Shown here one piece after another: positions 14,184 to 24,440 of a stretch of 64,000 nucleotides of DNA. Location: positions 1 to 64,000 of the forward strand of contig CAVYSY010000048.1 in assembly GCA_963771175.1 (NCBI GenBank). Direction: 5' to 3'. Below the pieces are notes generated by a model. It saw only the letters and a list, made by a program, of their open reading frames with translations. It did not search any database and was not told the origin of the DNA. Made by a program: the position numbers and the translations under genes. Position 1 is the first letter of the stretch; every line of letters starts with the position of its first letter. Source of the DNA: an uncultured delta proteobacterium (lineage in GTDB: Bacteria; Myxococcota; Myxococcia; Myxococcales; Myxococcaceae).

Positions 14184-14790
14184 ATGACTCCCCCGCCCCG
14201 CGCCGTCATCCTCGACCTCGGCAACGTCCTCGTCTTCCACGACAACGCGCCTGCTCTTCCGGCGCCTGGGCGCCGCGGGCGGGGCTGTCACCCGTGGAGA
14301 CGGAGCAGCGGCTGTCCGGCGCCGGCTGGACGGCCGCCAACCGGGGCCTGCTGGACGCCGAGGGCATCCGGCGCGACGTGTGCGACGCGCTGGGGGTGAG
14401 ACCTGCCCGCGGAGGAGTTCAACGCCCTGTGGAGCAGCCACTTCACCGTGCACGAGGCGGTGCTGCCGCGGGTGGAGGGGCTGGTGGGGCGGGTGAAGCT
14501 GGTGCTGCTGTCCAACACCAACGTGCTGCACGTGGCCTGGCTGCGCCCGCGGCTGCCGCTGCTGGGGCGCTTCGACGACCTGGTGCTGAGCTGCGAGGTG
14601 GGCCTCGTGAAGCCGGAGCCCGCCATCTACCAGCGAGGCGCTCAAGCGCGCGGGCTGCGCGCCGCACGAGGCCGCCTTCTTCGACGACCTGCCCGAGTAC
14701 GTCGCAGGCCGCGAACGCGCTGGGCATCCGCGGCCGTCTCTTCACCACCGCCCAGCCTTCGACGCGCAACTGAAGGCGCTGGGCCTGTAG
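14184..14790 (+). CDS. HAD family phosphatase (several frameshifts)
   Basis: AVILDLGNVLV (motif I), LLSNTN (motif II), SCEVGLVKPEPAIY, FFDDL (motif IV). Confidence 0.8.
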
Positions 14791-14796
14791 CGGGCG

Positions 14797-15453
14797 CTAC
14801 TTCTCGTAGCGTGCCACGGGCGGCTCGCTGCGGGCGGCCTCCGTCCAGGCCTTCATGGCCGGCAGGGCCAGCACCGCGTCGCGGTAGGCGCCGCACACCG
14901 CGTCCAGCTCCACGCCGTAGGTGACGAAGCGCGTGACGACGGGCGCGTAGAAGGCGTCCGCGATGGAGAAGGCGCCGAAGAGGAAGGGCCCGCCCTTGAC
15001 CGAAGCGGGAGCGGCACTCGCGTCCACAGGGCGGTGATGCGCGCGATGTCCTCGGCGACGCCGGGGGCGCGGCCCTCACCGGGACTTGCGGGCGCGGATG
15101 TTCATCGACATGTGGTTGCGCAGGTGCGGTGAAGCCCGAGTGCATCTCCGCGGTGACGGCTGCGGGCCACCGCTCGGGCCGTGGCGTCCTCGGGCCACAG
15201 CTTCGCCTGGGGGAACAGCTCGGCCAGGTACTCGCAGATGGCCAGCGAGTCCCAGACGACGAGCTCGCCGTGCCCCAGCGCCGGCACGCGCCCGCTGGGC
15301 GAGTGACTTCGCGATGTTCGCGGCGGTGTCCGCCTCGCCGAGCTGCACCACCACCTCGCGGAAGGGCTGCCCGGTGTGGGCGAGCGCGAGGTAGGGCCGC
15401 AGGGACCAGGAGGAGTAGTTCTTCGAGCCGACGACGAGGGTGAGCTCTTTCAT
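14797..15453 (-). CDS. Glutathione S-transferase family protein (frameshifts)
   Basis: GSKNYSSWSLRP, VWDSLAICEYLAE, AEMHSGF, FGAFSIADAFYAPVVTRF. Confidence 0.85.
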
Positions 15454-15487
15454 GGGGGCGCACCATAGCGCCCCCCTTTTTCGGAGT

Positions 15488-16096
15488 GCTCAGATCCCAG
15501 TGTGCCCGGGTAGCAGCCCCGCGCAGGCGCGAGAACAGCGAGCGGCGGCGCCGTCGGCGCACGGGCGGGTCGATGCGGTAGACAGGCACCGGCAGGCGGA
15601 TGTTCTTCAAGTCCCCGCGGCTCAGGCGCACCACCGGGGCAAACACCTGGCTCTGCACCTGCTGCACCACCGACTCACTGACGTAGAGGGAGCCGGGCCG
15701 GGCCAGCGACTCCAGCCGCGCGGCCAGGTTCACCCCCTCGCCGAAGATGTCCCCGTCCCGGTGCACCACCGAGCCCAGGTGGATGCCGATGCGCAGCTCC
15801 ACCCGGCGCTCGTCCGGCACGCACTCGTTGCGCGCACACAGCGCCGACTGCAACTCCAACCCGCAGGCCACGGCCGTCAGCGCCTCGTCGAACTCGACGA
15901 GGAAGCCGTCCTCGAGTCGTTTGATTTCACGTCCCCCGTGGCCTGACAGCAGGCCGCGCACGAGCCGTCCATGCTCCTCGCGCAGCTCGTGGTTGAGCGC
16001 CTCGTCCCGCCGAGCCTCGGGACTGAGCCCCACCATGTCCGTGAACATGATGGCCGCTACCTTCCTGGGTTCCGGTTGCGGTACCTCCGCCATCAA
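15488..16096 (-). CDS. Stand-alone class III adenylate/guanylate cyclase domain protein (3' end uncertain)
   Basis: AAIMFTDMVG, REIKRLEDG, LRIGIHLG, DIFGEGVNLAARLE, LKNI. A one-base correction in a G-run gives a stop near 15488. Confidence 0.75.
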
Positions 16097-16305
16097 CGCG
16101 TCTCCTTCCCCCCCGGCCAGACACAGGCGAATGTTACCCGACCGACACTCGCTTTTCGCCGCATCCCACCTCTTGACAGCGACAAGTAAATCACTTCTGA
16201 CGCATCGCGCAACGCACGGCCAGTCCGGGCCCGGGGGAGTCGTCAGGGAGAGGACAGGAGACGGCGCCCGAATGTCGCCCTGTTACCGTGGGCCACGAGC
16301 TCCCC

Positions 16306-16701
16306 ATGTCCGCGCCCGAGGACGAACACGACGAGAACGCCCCGCTGTGGCCCCCCCTGCTGCTGACGCTGGGCGTGCTCTTCCTCGCCACCGAGCTGCG
16401 GCACCAGACGCTGGCGCTCACCGCGCTCGCCGCGCTGGTGCTGCTGCCCACGGCGTGGCGGCTGATGGCGCGCCGGTGGATGCGCGGAGACGTGCTCCGC
16501 GGACTGGGCGCGGGCTTCCTCGCCAGCCACCTGCCGCTGCTCCTCGGTGCCTTCTCCACGTGGGACCGGCCCGAGTGCCGCGTCCGCCTGTGCCTGGAGG
16601 GCGTGCTGGCCGCGGCCCCCCTCATCCCCTGGGCCGGACTGCTCGGCACCCTGCTCTACTGGGCCTGGGCCGGACCGCCTCCGGGCCGTCGCGAGCGCTG
16701 A
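16306..16701 (+). CDS. Small hypothetical membrane protein (about 4 TM)
   Basis: Hydrophobic segments, high-GC3 codon usage, extended -10-like TGTTACCGT upstream. Confidence 0.6.
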   Translation: MSAPEDEHDENAPLWPPLLLTLGVLFLATELRHQTLALTALAALVLLPTAWRLMARRWMRGDVLRGLGAGFLASHLPLLLGAFSTWDRPECRVRLCLEGVLAAAPLIPWAGLLGTLLYWAWAGPPPGRRER

Positions 16702-16972
16702 AGCCTCTCTTCACTCCCAGTGCCGCGAAGCCAGACATCGCGTATCAAAACCAGGAACGACCCGAGCCCACCTGTCCGTCAGAGTGGGCCAACCGCTCAC
16801 AATCTCTCGCTTTCGGTCCGTCCATACACATTGCGATTGGATAAATAAAACCCGAAAGGCATTTGCATTTTCTCTGTCTTTCAAAAAGAGAACGCTTTCG
16901 CAGTAGTCTATTCATTCCAGCCGTATTGGCTTTAGGATTCCCGACAGCAACCGAACGCCTCGGGGGTCGCCC

Positions 16973-17446
16973 GTGCTTTACGTCGCGCTGGAGTGGGATC
17001 ACAAAATTGGAAAGCCAATGATTGGCTGGATTGTCGTGGAATGCGGAGGCGTGGGTGAGAAGTGCGGAGGCCCGGTCGCCCTGTCGCCACGAAGGGACGT
17101 CGCCTACTTCGTCGAGGAGAAGACCGCGGAACGGGATGCCAAGGCATTCGCGGAGTACAAGAATGCACAGCGAGAGGGTCGCACCGTGGAGCTGCCCTCC
17201 CAGGGACCTCTCAAGTGGCACATGCCGTATGCCTGGGATCACCAGATTTTCAGCCCGCTGATCCGCTGGGGCGTGCTGGAGTGGAACGGAGAGACTGGCA
17301 AGCCCGGTCCCCGGCTGGACGTGGCCTACTTCCTGGACCAAGACACCGCCGAGAGCGACGCGAAATGGTTCAGTCGGGAACGGGACCAATGGCTCGCCCG
17401 GAAGGTGAGCACCCCTCCTCTGACGCTTGCGCGTAAGGTAGGCTGA
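16973..17446 (+). CDS. Hypothetical protein with an internal two-fold repeat
   Basis: WDHKIGKPMIGWIVVE...RRDVAYFVEEKTAERDAKAF versus WDHQIFSPLIRWGVLE...RLDVAYFLDQDTAESDAKWF. Confidence 0.75.
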   Translation: MLYVALEWDHKIGKPMIGWIVVECGGVGEKCGGPVALSPRRDVAYFVEEKTAERDAKAFAEYKNAQREGRTVELPSQGPLKWHMPYAWDHQIFSPLIRWGVLEWNGETGKPGPRLDVAYFLDQDTAESDAKWFSRERDQWLARKVSTPPLTLARKVG

Positions 17447-17493
17447 ATTCTCGCCCAGGCACCTCGCCCGCTGGGGCGCATGGAGCCGCGAAG

Positions 17494-19560
17494 ATGAATG
17501 CCATGCATGTCACGTTCCTGGGCGTCCCGAGTCCCGTGGGTGAAGAGTTGGAGCGGGAACTCCAAAGGGAAGGGCTCGCCATCGAGTGCCGCCACCTGAC
17601 CCTGGAGAGTCCTTCCCTGCCGCAGGTCTTCCCCCCAGGGCTGGTGGTGCACTGGGACTCGGGAGGACCGCTGGAGGAGGCGGTCGGCGTCTGTAGGCGG
17701 CTGGCATCCATCTCTTCCCTGTCTCGCACCTGCCTGGTGGTGCTGACGCGTCGTGACGTGACCGAACAGGAGGCACTGCTCCTCGCCGGTGCCAGCAACT
17801 GCCTGGCGCCCGTCGGCGAGCGCTGGGCACCGAACCTGCTCGCGCTCACCCGGCGCATGGGCGTGCCCTCCCGGTTGGGAGCCCCGCCGGGGGGACCGGG
17901 GAGCTCGCGGGTGCCTCCGGAGAGGGCCCTGCAGACGCTGCTGGCCGCCACCACGGCCGACCTGGGCCACGACTTCTTCCGCACCCTGGTGAAGCAGCTC
18001 GCCGAGGCCTTCCGCGTCACCTGCGCCATGGTGGGCCAGAAGCTCCCCGAGCAGAACTCCATCCGGACGCTCGCCTTCTGGAGCCAGGGAGCCTTCCAGG
18101 AGGAAGTGACCTATCCGCTCCAGGGGACGCCCTGCCACAACGCCATCGCCTACTCCATCTGCCACTACGCGGACGACGTGAGCCGCCACTTCCCCGAGGA
18201 CCTGATGCTGATGGACCTCGGCCTGCGCGGCTACCTGGGCGCGGCGCTGCGGAGCACCAAGGGCGAGGTCATCGGGGTGCTGGCCATCCTGCACGACCAG
18301 CTCCTCGACGCGGGAGAGATGGACTTCGCGCTGCTGGGCGCCTTCGCGGCCCGCGCGGGCGCGGAGCTGGAGCGCATCCAGGCCCATGCCGAGCTGGAGC
18401 GCACGCGCGACTTCCTGCGCAACACGCTCGAGGCCGTGCCGGATCCGCTCTTCGTCAAGGACCGGACGCACCGCTGGGTGGCGGTGAACAGCGCCTTCTG
18501 CCGCTTCATGGGGCGCCCCGCGGAGGAGCTGCTGGGCAAGAGCAACATGGACTTCCTCCCCGAGCACCAGGCTCGAGCCTTCTGGACGCAGGACGAGCAG
18601 ACCTTCACCTCCGGCCAGTCCGGCGAGCTGGAGCAGAGCTTCACCGACAGCGCGGGGCTCACCCGGGCGCTCGTCACCAATCGGGCCGTCTTCCCCGGGG
18701 CCGATGGCCAGCCCGCCCTGGTGGCCGTCATCCGCGACCTCACCGAGCGCAAGCGCCTGGAGACGCAGCTGAGGCTGGCGGACCGGATGAGCTCCATGGG
18801 GACGCTGGCGGCCGGCGTGGCGCATGAGATCAACAACCCCCTGGCCTACGTCTGCTCCAACCTCACCTTCCTGAGCGAGCAGCTCGCCCAGGAGACGCTC
18901 CCGCCCGAGGCCCTGCCCGAGCTGCGCGAGGTGGTGGCGGAGACGCAGGAGGGGGCCGGTCGCGTCCGCGCCATCGTCCAGGACCTGAAGACCTTCGCGC
19001 GCTCGGACGAGGAGAGCCGGGGCCCCATCAACGTCCACCAGGTCATCGATGGAGCGCTGCGGCTGGTGCGCAACGAGCTGCTCCGCGGCAATGCCCGGCT
19101 GGAGCGGGCGCTCGAGCCGGTGCCGGCCATCCTGGGCAACGAGGCGCGCCTGGGTCAGGTGCTGGTGAACCTGCTGGTGAACGCCACGCAGGCCTTCCCC
19201 GAGAGGCGCTCCGACAACAACAGCATCCGCATCGCCACCAGGAGCGACGAGGCGAATCGGGTGGTGGTGGAAGTGGAAGACAACGGGGCGGGCATGAGCC
19301 CGGAGGTGCTGCAGCGAATCTTCGACCCCTTCTTCACCACCAAGCCGGTGGGTGAGGGCACCGGACTGGGGCTCGCCATCTGCCACTCCATCGTCCAATC
19401 CATGGGCGGGCAGATCGAAGTGCGCAGCATCCCGGGACGCGGCACCACCTTCGTGCTGTCCCTGCCGACCTTCGTGCAGGAAGACGAGGAGGACGGTCCG
19501 AGCACGAGGAGCCCGATGGCGGAAGGGCTCGAGCCCGAGCGCCTGCGCGCCATCGGCTAG
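17494..19560 (+). CDS. Sensor histidine kinase (degenerate receiver-like N-terminus, GAF, PAS, HisKA, HATPase)
   Basis: GAF (YPLQGTPC, HFPED, GYLGAAL); PAS (LFVKD...VNSAFC); AGVAHEINNPL; QVLVNLLVNA; DNGAGM; FDPFFTTK; GTGLGL. Confidence 0.92.
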   Translation: MNAMHVTFLGVPSPVGEELERELQREGLAIECRHLTLESPSLPQVFPPGLVVHWDSGGPLEEAVGVCRRLASISSLSRTCLVVLTRRDVTEQEALLLAGASNCLAPVGERWAPNLLALTRRMGVPSRLGAPPGGPGSSRVPPERALQTLLAATTADLGHDFFRTLVKQLAEAFRVTCAMVGQKLPEQNSIRTLAFWSQGAFQEEVTYPLQGTPCHNAIAYSICHYADDVSRHFPEDLMLMDLGLRGYLGAALRSTKGEVIGVLAILHDQLLDAGEMDFALLGAFAARAGAELERIQAHAELERTRDFLRNTLEAVPDPLFVKDRTHRWVAVNSAFCRFMGRPAEELLGKSNMDFLPEHQARAFWTQDEQTFTSGQSGELEQSFTDSAGLTRALVTNRAVFPGADGQPALVAVIRDLTERKRLETQLRLADRMSSMGTLAAGVAHEINNPLAYVCSNLTFLSEQLAQETLPPEALPELREVVAETQEGAGRVRAIVQDLKTFARSDEESRGPINVHQVIDGALRLVRNELLRGNARLERALEPVPAILGNEARLGQVLVNLLVNATQAFPERRSDNNSIRIATRSDEANRVVVEVEDNGAGMSPEVLQRIFDPFFTTKPVGEGTGLGLAICHSIVQSMGGQIEVRSIPGRGTTFVLSLPTFVQEDEEDGPSTRSPMAEGLEPERLRAIG

Positions 19561-19568
19561 AGGCACAC

Positions 19569-19603
19569 GAGGGGCGGCGCTCCGAGCCGCCCCTCTCTTC
19601 CTT
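19569..19603 (+). terminator. Intrinsic terminator between convergent genes
   Basis: GAGGGGCGGC / GCCGCCCCTC 10-bp stem followed by TCTTCCTT. Confidence 0.65.
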
Positions 19604-21675
19604 CACCGCTGGTGGGCGCGCAGCTCCTTCACCAGCCGTCCGGCACCGTAGACGTGCTCGAGGGCCCGCCAGCAGGCCCTCTCCGTGCACGGCCACCGCG
19701 CGGTTGGTCTCCGGCACGTACGCGAAGTCGCCCGCCCAGCGAGTGCAGGTTGCCGTCGAAGATGAGCCCCACCACGCGCCCCTCGCGGTCCACCAGCGGG
19801 CGAGCCCGAGTTGCCACCGATGATGTCGTTGGTGGTGGCCACGTCGAGCGGCGTCTCGCCGGGCACCTTGCCCTGCGCCTTCAGCCACGAGTCGCGGCAG
19901 CGGAAGGGCTCCTTGCCGGTGTGCCGCGCATAGGCGCCGGCGAACGTCGTCAGCGGCGGCACCTGCCGCCCGTTCTCCTCCCAGCCCTTCACCACGCCGT
20001 AGTTGAGACGCAGGGTGAAGGTGGCGTCCGGGTAGCCCGTGGTGCCATGGACCGCCAGCCGCGCCTGCGCGAGCAGCTCGCCGTTCTTCTTCAGCACGGA
20101 CTCCACCGTGTCCTCGTAGCGCTTGCGCACCTCGCGCGCCTCCGCGTCCACGCGGCGAGCCAGGAGGATCATCGGATCCTTCGAGGCCTCCACCGCCGCC
20201 TTGCCGCCCTCGAGCAGCCGCTGGCGCTCCTTCACGTCGCAGAGCCGCGTGCCCTTCACCAGCGCGCGCGCCAGGTCCTCCGGCGCCTCGCGGCCGAGCA
20301 CCGCCTGGACGAACGGGTCATCCGCGCCCAGCTCTCGCGCAGCTGGTTGAGGCCGAAGGTGAGCGTTGAGCACCTCCAGCTCGGCGGGATGGGAGCCTCG
20401 CGCAGCAGGCCCTGGCGCAGCGCCGGGCAGCTGGCGCGTCGGTGTACTCGCGCAGCCGCTCCGGCGTTGGGCTTGGGCAGCTCGTCGGCCGCGCGCACCA
20501 GCGTCGCGCGCGAGGCCGAAGAGCTCGGACGGGAAGCCGACGCCGGCCTCCTTCAGCCGGTACTCGGCGCAACATGGGGCGGTAGGCATCCAGCGCGCGG
20601 GCGATGTCGTCCCAGGCGCCCGCGGTGGAGGCCTTCAGCTTCGGGTCCGCCTCCACCTTCGCCCGCGCAGCTCCGCCTCGGCCTTGCGCTTCTCGGCGAG
20701 CAGCGCGGGGTCGGCCAGCGACTGGTGCCGGCCGCGCAGCGCCTTGAGCCCGTTCTCCACCGAGCGCAGCTGCGCGCGCGTGGTGCGCCAGCGCTCCGGC
20801 GAGGTGGCGGCGAACTCGCGCAGCATGCCCCTCGCTCCGCCAGGTACAGCAGCGTGATACGGCAGCGCCACGTCGCGCTGGAACTCCAGCTCCGCCACGG
20901 TGATCTGGCGCTCGGTGCCACCGGGGTGGCCGGAGACGAAGACCAGGTCGCCCTCCTTCGCGCCCTGCCTTCGCCCAGGGCAGGTAGTTCGCCGTCTTCA
21001 GCGGCTGGCCGGTGCCGTCCCACACGCGCAGGAAGGCCGCGTCGAAGCCGAAGCGCGGGAAGTTGAAGTTGTCCGCGTCCCCGCCGAAGGCGGCCATGGA
21101 GAACTCGGGCGCGAAGGCCAGGCGCACGTCCTGGAAGCGGCGGTACTTGTAGAGGTGGTACTTGCCGCCGTTGAAGAGCGTCACCACGTCGCAGCGCAGT
21201 CCGGCGCCGGTGGCGCACTCGCTCTCCACCTTCGACATCTCCGCCTTGAGCGCGGTGTTGAAGGCCGGGCCGCTCAGCCCCTGGGTGACGCCGCGTGGAG
21301 GCGCGCGGTGACGTCCGTCATCTCCACGAGCTGGTTGGCCTCCACCTTGGGGCAGCGCAGCTCGTCCTTGAGCTCCGTCGCGTAGAAGCCGGTGGCGAGG
21401 TAGTCCCGCTGCGGCCGGAGAGGTCCTCCACGCAGCTGCGGATGCAGTGGTGGTTGGTCATCACCAGGCCATCCGGCGAGACGAAGCTCGCCGAGCACCC
21501 GCCGGCCAGCCGCACCGAGGCCAGCCGCACCTGGTCCAGCCACTCCTGCGAGGGCTCGAAGCCGTAGGCGGCCTTCACGGCCGGCACGGGGAAGGCGTCG
21601 ATAGGTCCACATCCCCTCCTCCGCGGCGGCGGGGAGGGCCGACAGGAGAGCCGAGAGCGAGCGAAGTCGGTGCAA
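19603..21675 (-). CDS. S46 family dipeptidyl peptidase (many frameshifts)
   Basis: EEGMWT, GGCSASFVSPDGLVMTNHHC, FGGDADNFNFPR, YPDATFTLRL.YG, DIIGGNSGSP, GLIFDGN. Confidence 0.85.
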
Positions 21676-21811
21676 GGGCAAGCGTTCCTTCCGGTGATGT
21701 GAGAGGAGACCTGCGTTGTTGCCCGGGAGGGGCGCGCCGTCAACCCGAGTCGAGCCGGGCGATGCACGTCGGGCTTGAGTTGGGGGCGGGGACACCGGAA
21801 GGTTGGGCCGA

Positions 21812-22952
21812 ATGGCGACGAAGCACCTACGTCTACCTGGTCCCGGGCTTCTTCGGCTTCGCCAACCTGGGCGAGCTGCTCTACTTCGGGCACGTGCGCG
21901 ACTTCTTCGTGGCGGAGATGGCCCGCCGCGGCGTGGAGGTCGAGGTGGTGCAGGTGCTCTCGCACCCCACCGGCTCCATCCGCCGCGCACCGCGGACCTC
22001 TTCAAGGCGATCGAAGCCAGCGCGAAGGACGACGACGGCCCCATCGCACCTCATCGGCCACTCGACCGGCGGGCTGGACTCGCGGCTGCTTCGTCAGCCC
22101 GGGGCGCCTCCTGGGCGAGGGACGTGGACCTGGAGCGCTTCGCGCCGCCGGGTGCGCACGGTGGTGACGGTGTCCACCCCGCACGCGGGCACGCCGCTCG
22201 CGTCCTTCTTCCTCGGCTTCTTCGGGCAGAGGCTGCTGCAAGCTGCTGTCGCTCTTCACCGTGTACGTGCTGCGCTTCGGCCGGTTGCCGCTGCGCGTGG
22301 CCTTCCGCTCGGCAGCCTGCTGACGCGCGGCGGACGAGCAGCTCGGCTTCCGCCCGACGCTGCTGGACCAGCTCTTCGAGCAGCTGCTCGGCGACTTCTC
22401 CATCGAGCGTCGGGAGGCGCTGGTCCGCTTCCTGGGCGACGTGGGCAGCGACGCCTCGCTCATCCCCCAGCTCACTCCCGAGGGCATCGACCTCTTCAAC
22501 GCGGGCACGCAGGACCGGCCGGGGGTGCGCTACGGCTCGGTGATCACGCCAGTCCCGGCCGCCATCGCTGCGCACGCGGTGGAGCGCGGGACTGGACCCG
22601 TACGCCCAGCTCACACACACCGTGTACTCCTTCCTCTACGGACGGACGCAGAACATGCCCCTCACGGCGATTCCCCTGCTCACACCGGCACAGACGACGG
22701 CACTGGTGGAGGCCTACGGGGCCCTGCCAGGCCCGCAGGCGTGTGACGGCATCGTCCCGACGCGCTCGCAGATCCACGGGCGGGTGCTGACGGCGGTGCG
22801 GGCGGACCACCTGGACGCCATCGGCCACTTCGACCAGCCAGCGCACCGGCCGCCGCACGTGGACTGGCTCATCTCGGGCTCCGGCTTCCGCCGGCTCCAG
22901 TTCGAGCGCACTGTGGCGCACCGTGGTGGATTTCGTCCTGCTGGAGACCTGA
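21812..22952 (+). CDS. Lipase-like alpha/beta hydrolase (frameshifts)
   Basis: VYLVPGFFGF, HLIGHSTGGLDSR (GxSxG), TVSTPHAGTP, DGIVPTRSQ, ADHLDAIGHF. Confidence 0.8.
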
Positions 22953-22989
22953 TACACACGGGGCTCCCAAGACCGCCCTGGAGCCCACC

Positions 22990-23697
22990 TTGAGTCCTCA
23001 TCTCCGCGTCTGCTCTCCCCGGGCCCTCACGCTGGCGCTGCTCGTCGTGCTGACGGGCTGTGCCACCGTCCCCCAGACGCTGCCCACCGCCGAGCGCGTG
23101 CCCGTGCTGTTCGTGCACGGCACCGATGACACCCCGGGCGCCTTCTTCGCGATGCGCGATGCGTTCCAGGAGGCGGGCTGGCCGGAGGAGCGGCTCCATG
23201 CGGTGCGTCTGCACCCCAACAACGGACAGCTGCCCATCGAGGTGATGGCGTACCAGGTCCGCCGCGCGGCGGAGGGCCTGCGCAAGCGCACCGGTGCCGA
23301 GCGCGTCGACGTGGTGGCCTTCAGCCAGGGCACGCTGTCCACGCGCTACTGGATGCAGGAGCTGGGAGGCCAGCCGCGCGTGCGACGCTTCGTCTCCATC
23401 TCGGGGCCGCACCACGGCACGCGGGTGGCGTACCTGAAGAGGGACCCGGCCCTGGTGCAGATGCGCCCGGACAGCGACTTCCTGCGCGAGCTGAACCGCC
23501 ATGAGAATCCCTTCGGCGACACCGAGGTCTTCTCCTTCTGGACGCCGCTCGACAGTACCGTCGTCCCCGCCGAGAGCGCGCGCCTGCCGGGAGCCACCGA
23601 GCGCACCTTCCTCGTGCCCATGCACCAGCTCATGCTGAGCAGCCCGGCCGTCATCTCCGCGACAGTGGAGGCGCTGTCGGGGCCCTCGGGCAGGTAG
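22990..23697 (+). CDS. Lipase class 2 / esterase lipoprotein
   Basis: Lipobox LTGC; PVLFVHG; VDVVAFSQG; FVSISGPHHGT; D.TVVPAES. The TTG start is uncertain. Confidence 0.8.
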   Translation: MSPHLRVCSPRALTLALLVVLTGCATVPQTLPTAERVPVLFVHGTDDTPGAFFAMRDAFQEAGWPEERLHAVRLHPNNGQLPIEVMAYQVRRAAEGLRKRTGAERVDVVAFSQGTLSTRYWMQELGGQPRVRRFVSISGPHHGTRVAYLKRDPALVQMRPDSDFLRELNRHENPFGDTEVFSFWTPLDSTVVPAESARLPGATERTFLVPMHQLMLSSPAVISATVEALSGPSGR

Positions 23698-23705
23698 CCC
23701 TCGGC

Positions 23706-24440
23706 TCATGGCCGGGTGCTGGCATCCAGCACCTTCGCTGCCCACGCGAGGGCATCCGGACAGGACTCCATCAGGAAATCGAAGCGCCCGGCCTGGAGCA
23801 GCTTCACGAGAGGCTCGTCACGGGCGATGAGCTCCGGCACCTCCCAGGGAAAATTGATGCGCGGGGTATGTTCCAAGGAAAGTGCCCTCAGTGAGCCTGG
23901 AGCCGGTGGGCCGAGTTCGGCTTCGAGCCTGGCGTTGGATTCAGCCTCCTCATGGATGAGTTCCACCTGTCGCTCCAGGGAGCGTGAGTAGGTGTCGAAG
24001 AAGCGGTCGATACTCGAGGCGATGGGGAGCGCGTAGAGGTCTTCGTAGGTATCAACCCTCACAACGGGCTGAATGCCACCTGCATCTGCCAACGCGGGAA
24101 CCGTCGCGTAGTAATAGGCAAGCGCCTGCTCCTTCGCGAAGACGAGCAACGAACTGAAGGGCTCTGACCAGTCCCGACGCCACTCTTCATTCACGCCCGC
24201 GAGACCCGTCCAATCCTCGGCCCTGCTCGAAAGCAAGAAGAACTCATCCGGTAACCCGAGGGTCCCCACGCGGGAGAGAACAGCGGAAAGGAGAGGATCG
24301 CAAGGTAGTCCCGCCACCAGTGCCCCAGGGCTGGGCATGAATGAACCTGGGGGCTCCTGATACAGGTCCAACCCATACGTCCGGCACACCTGCAGCATGC
24401 GCTCGAAACCGGGAAGTGGTGTCACGGGCATCATCATCAC
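23706..24440 (-). CDS. Putative immunity protein (SMI1/KNR4, SUKH-like)
   Basis: Overlaps the toxin stop codon; DPLL.AV..R, YYYATVP.LAD..G.QPVV.VD, PIASSIDRFFD.YS motifs; visibly lower GC than flanking genes. Confidence 0.7.
   Translation of the reverse strand: MMMMPVTPLPGFERMLQVCRTYGLDLYQEPPGSFMPSPGALVAGLPCDPLLSAVLSRVGTLGLPDEFFLLSSRAEDWTGLAGVNEEWRRDWSEPFSSLLVFAKEQALAYYYATVPALADAGGIQPVVRVDTYEDLYALPIASSIDRFFDTYSRSLERQVELIHEEAESNARLEAELGPPAPGSLRALSLEHTPRINFPWEVPELIARDEPLVKLLQAGRFDFLMESCPDALAWAAKVLDASTRP

Noticed and set aside
14642..16096. Apparent cyclase-GST fusion ORF of 484 aa
   Set aside because: The read-through portion is out of frame with the GST motifs, a single-base correction gives a stop near 15488, and GST has its own -10-like element.
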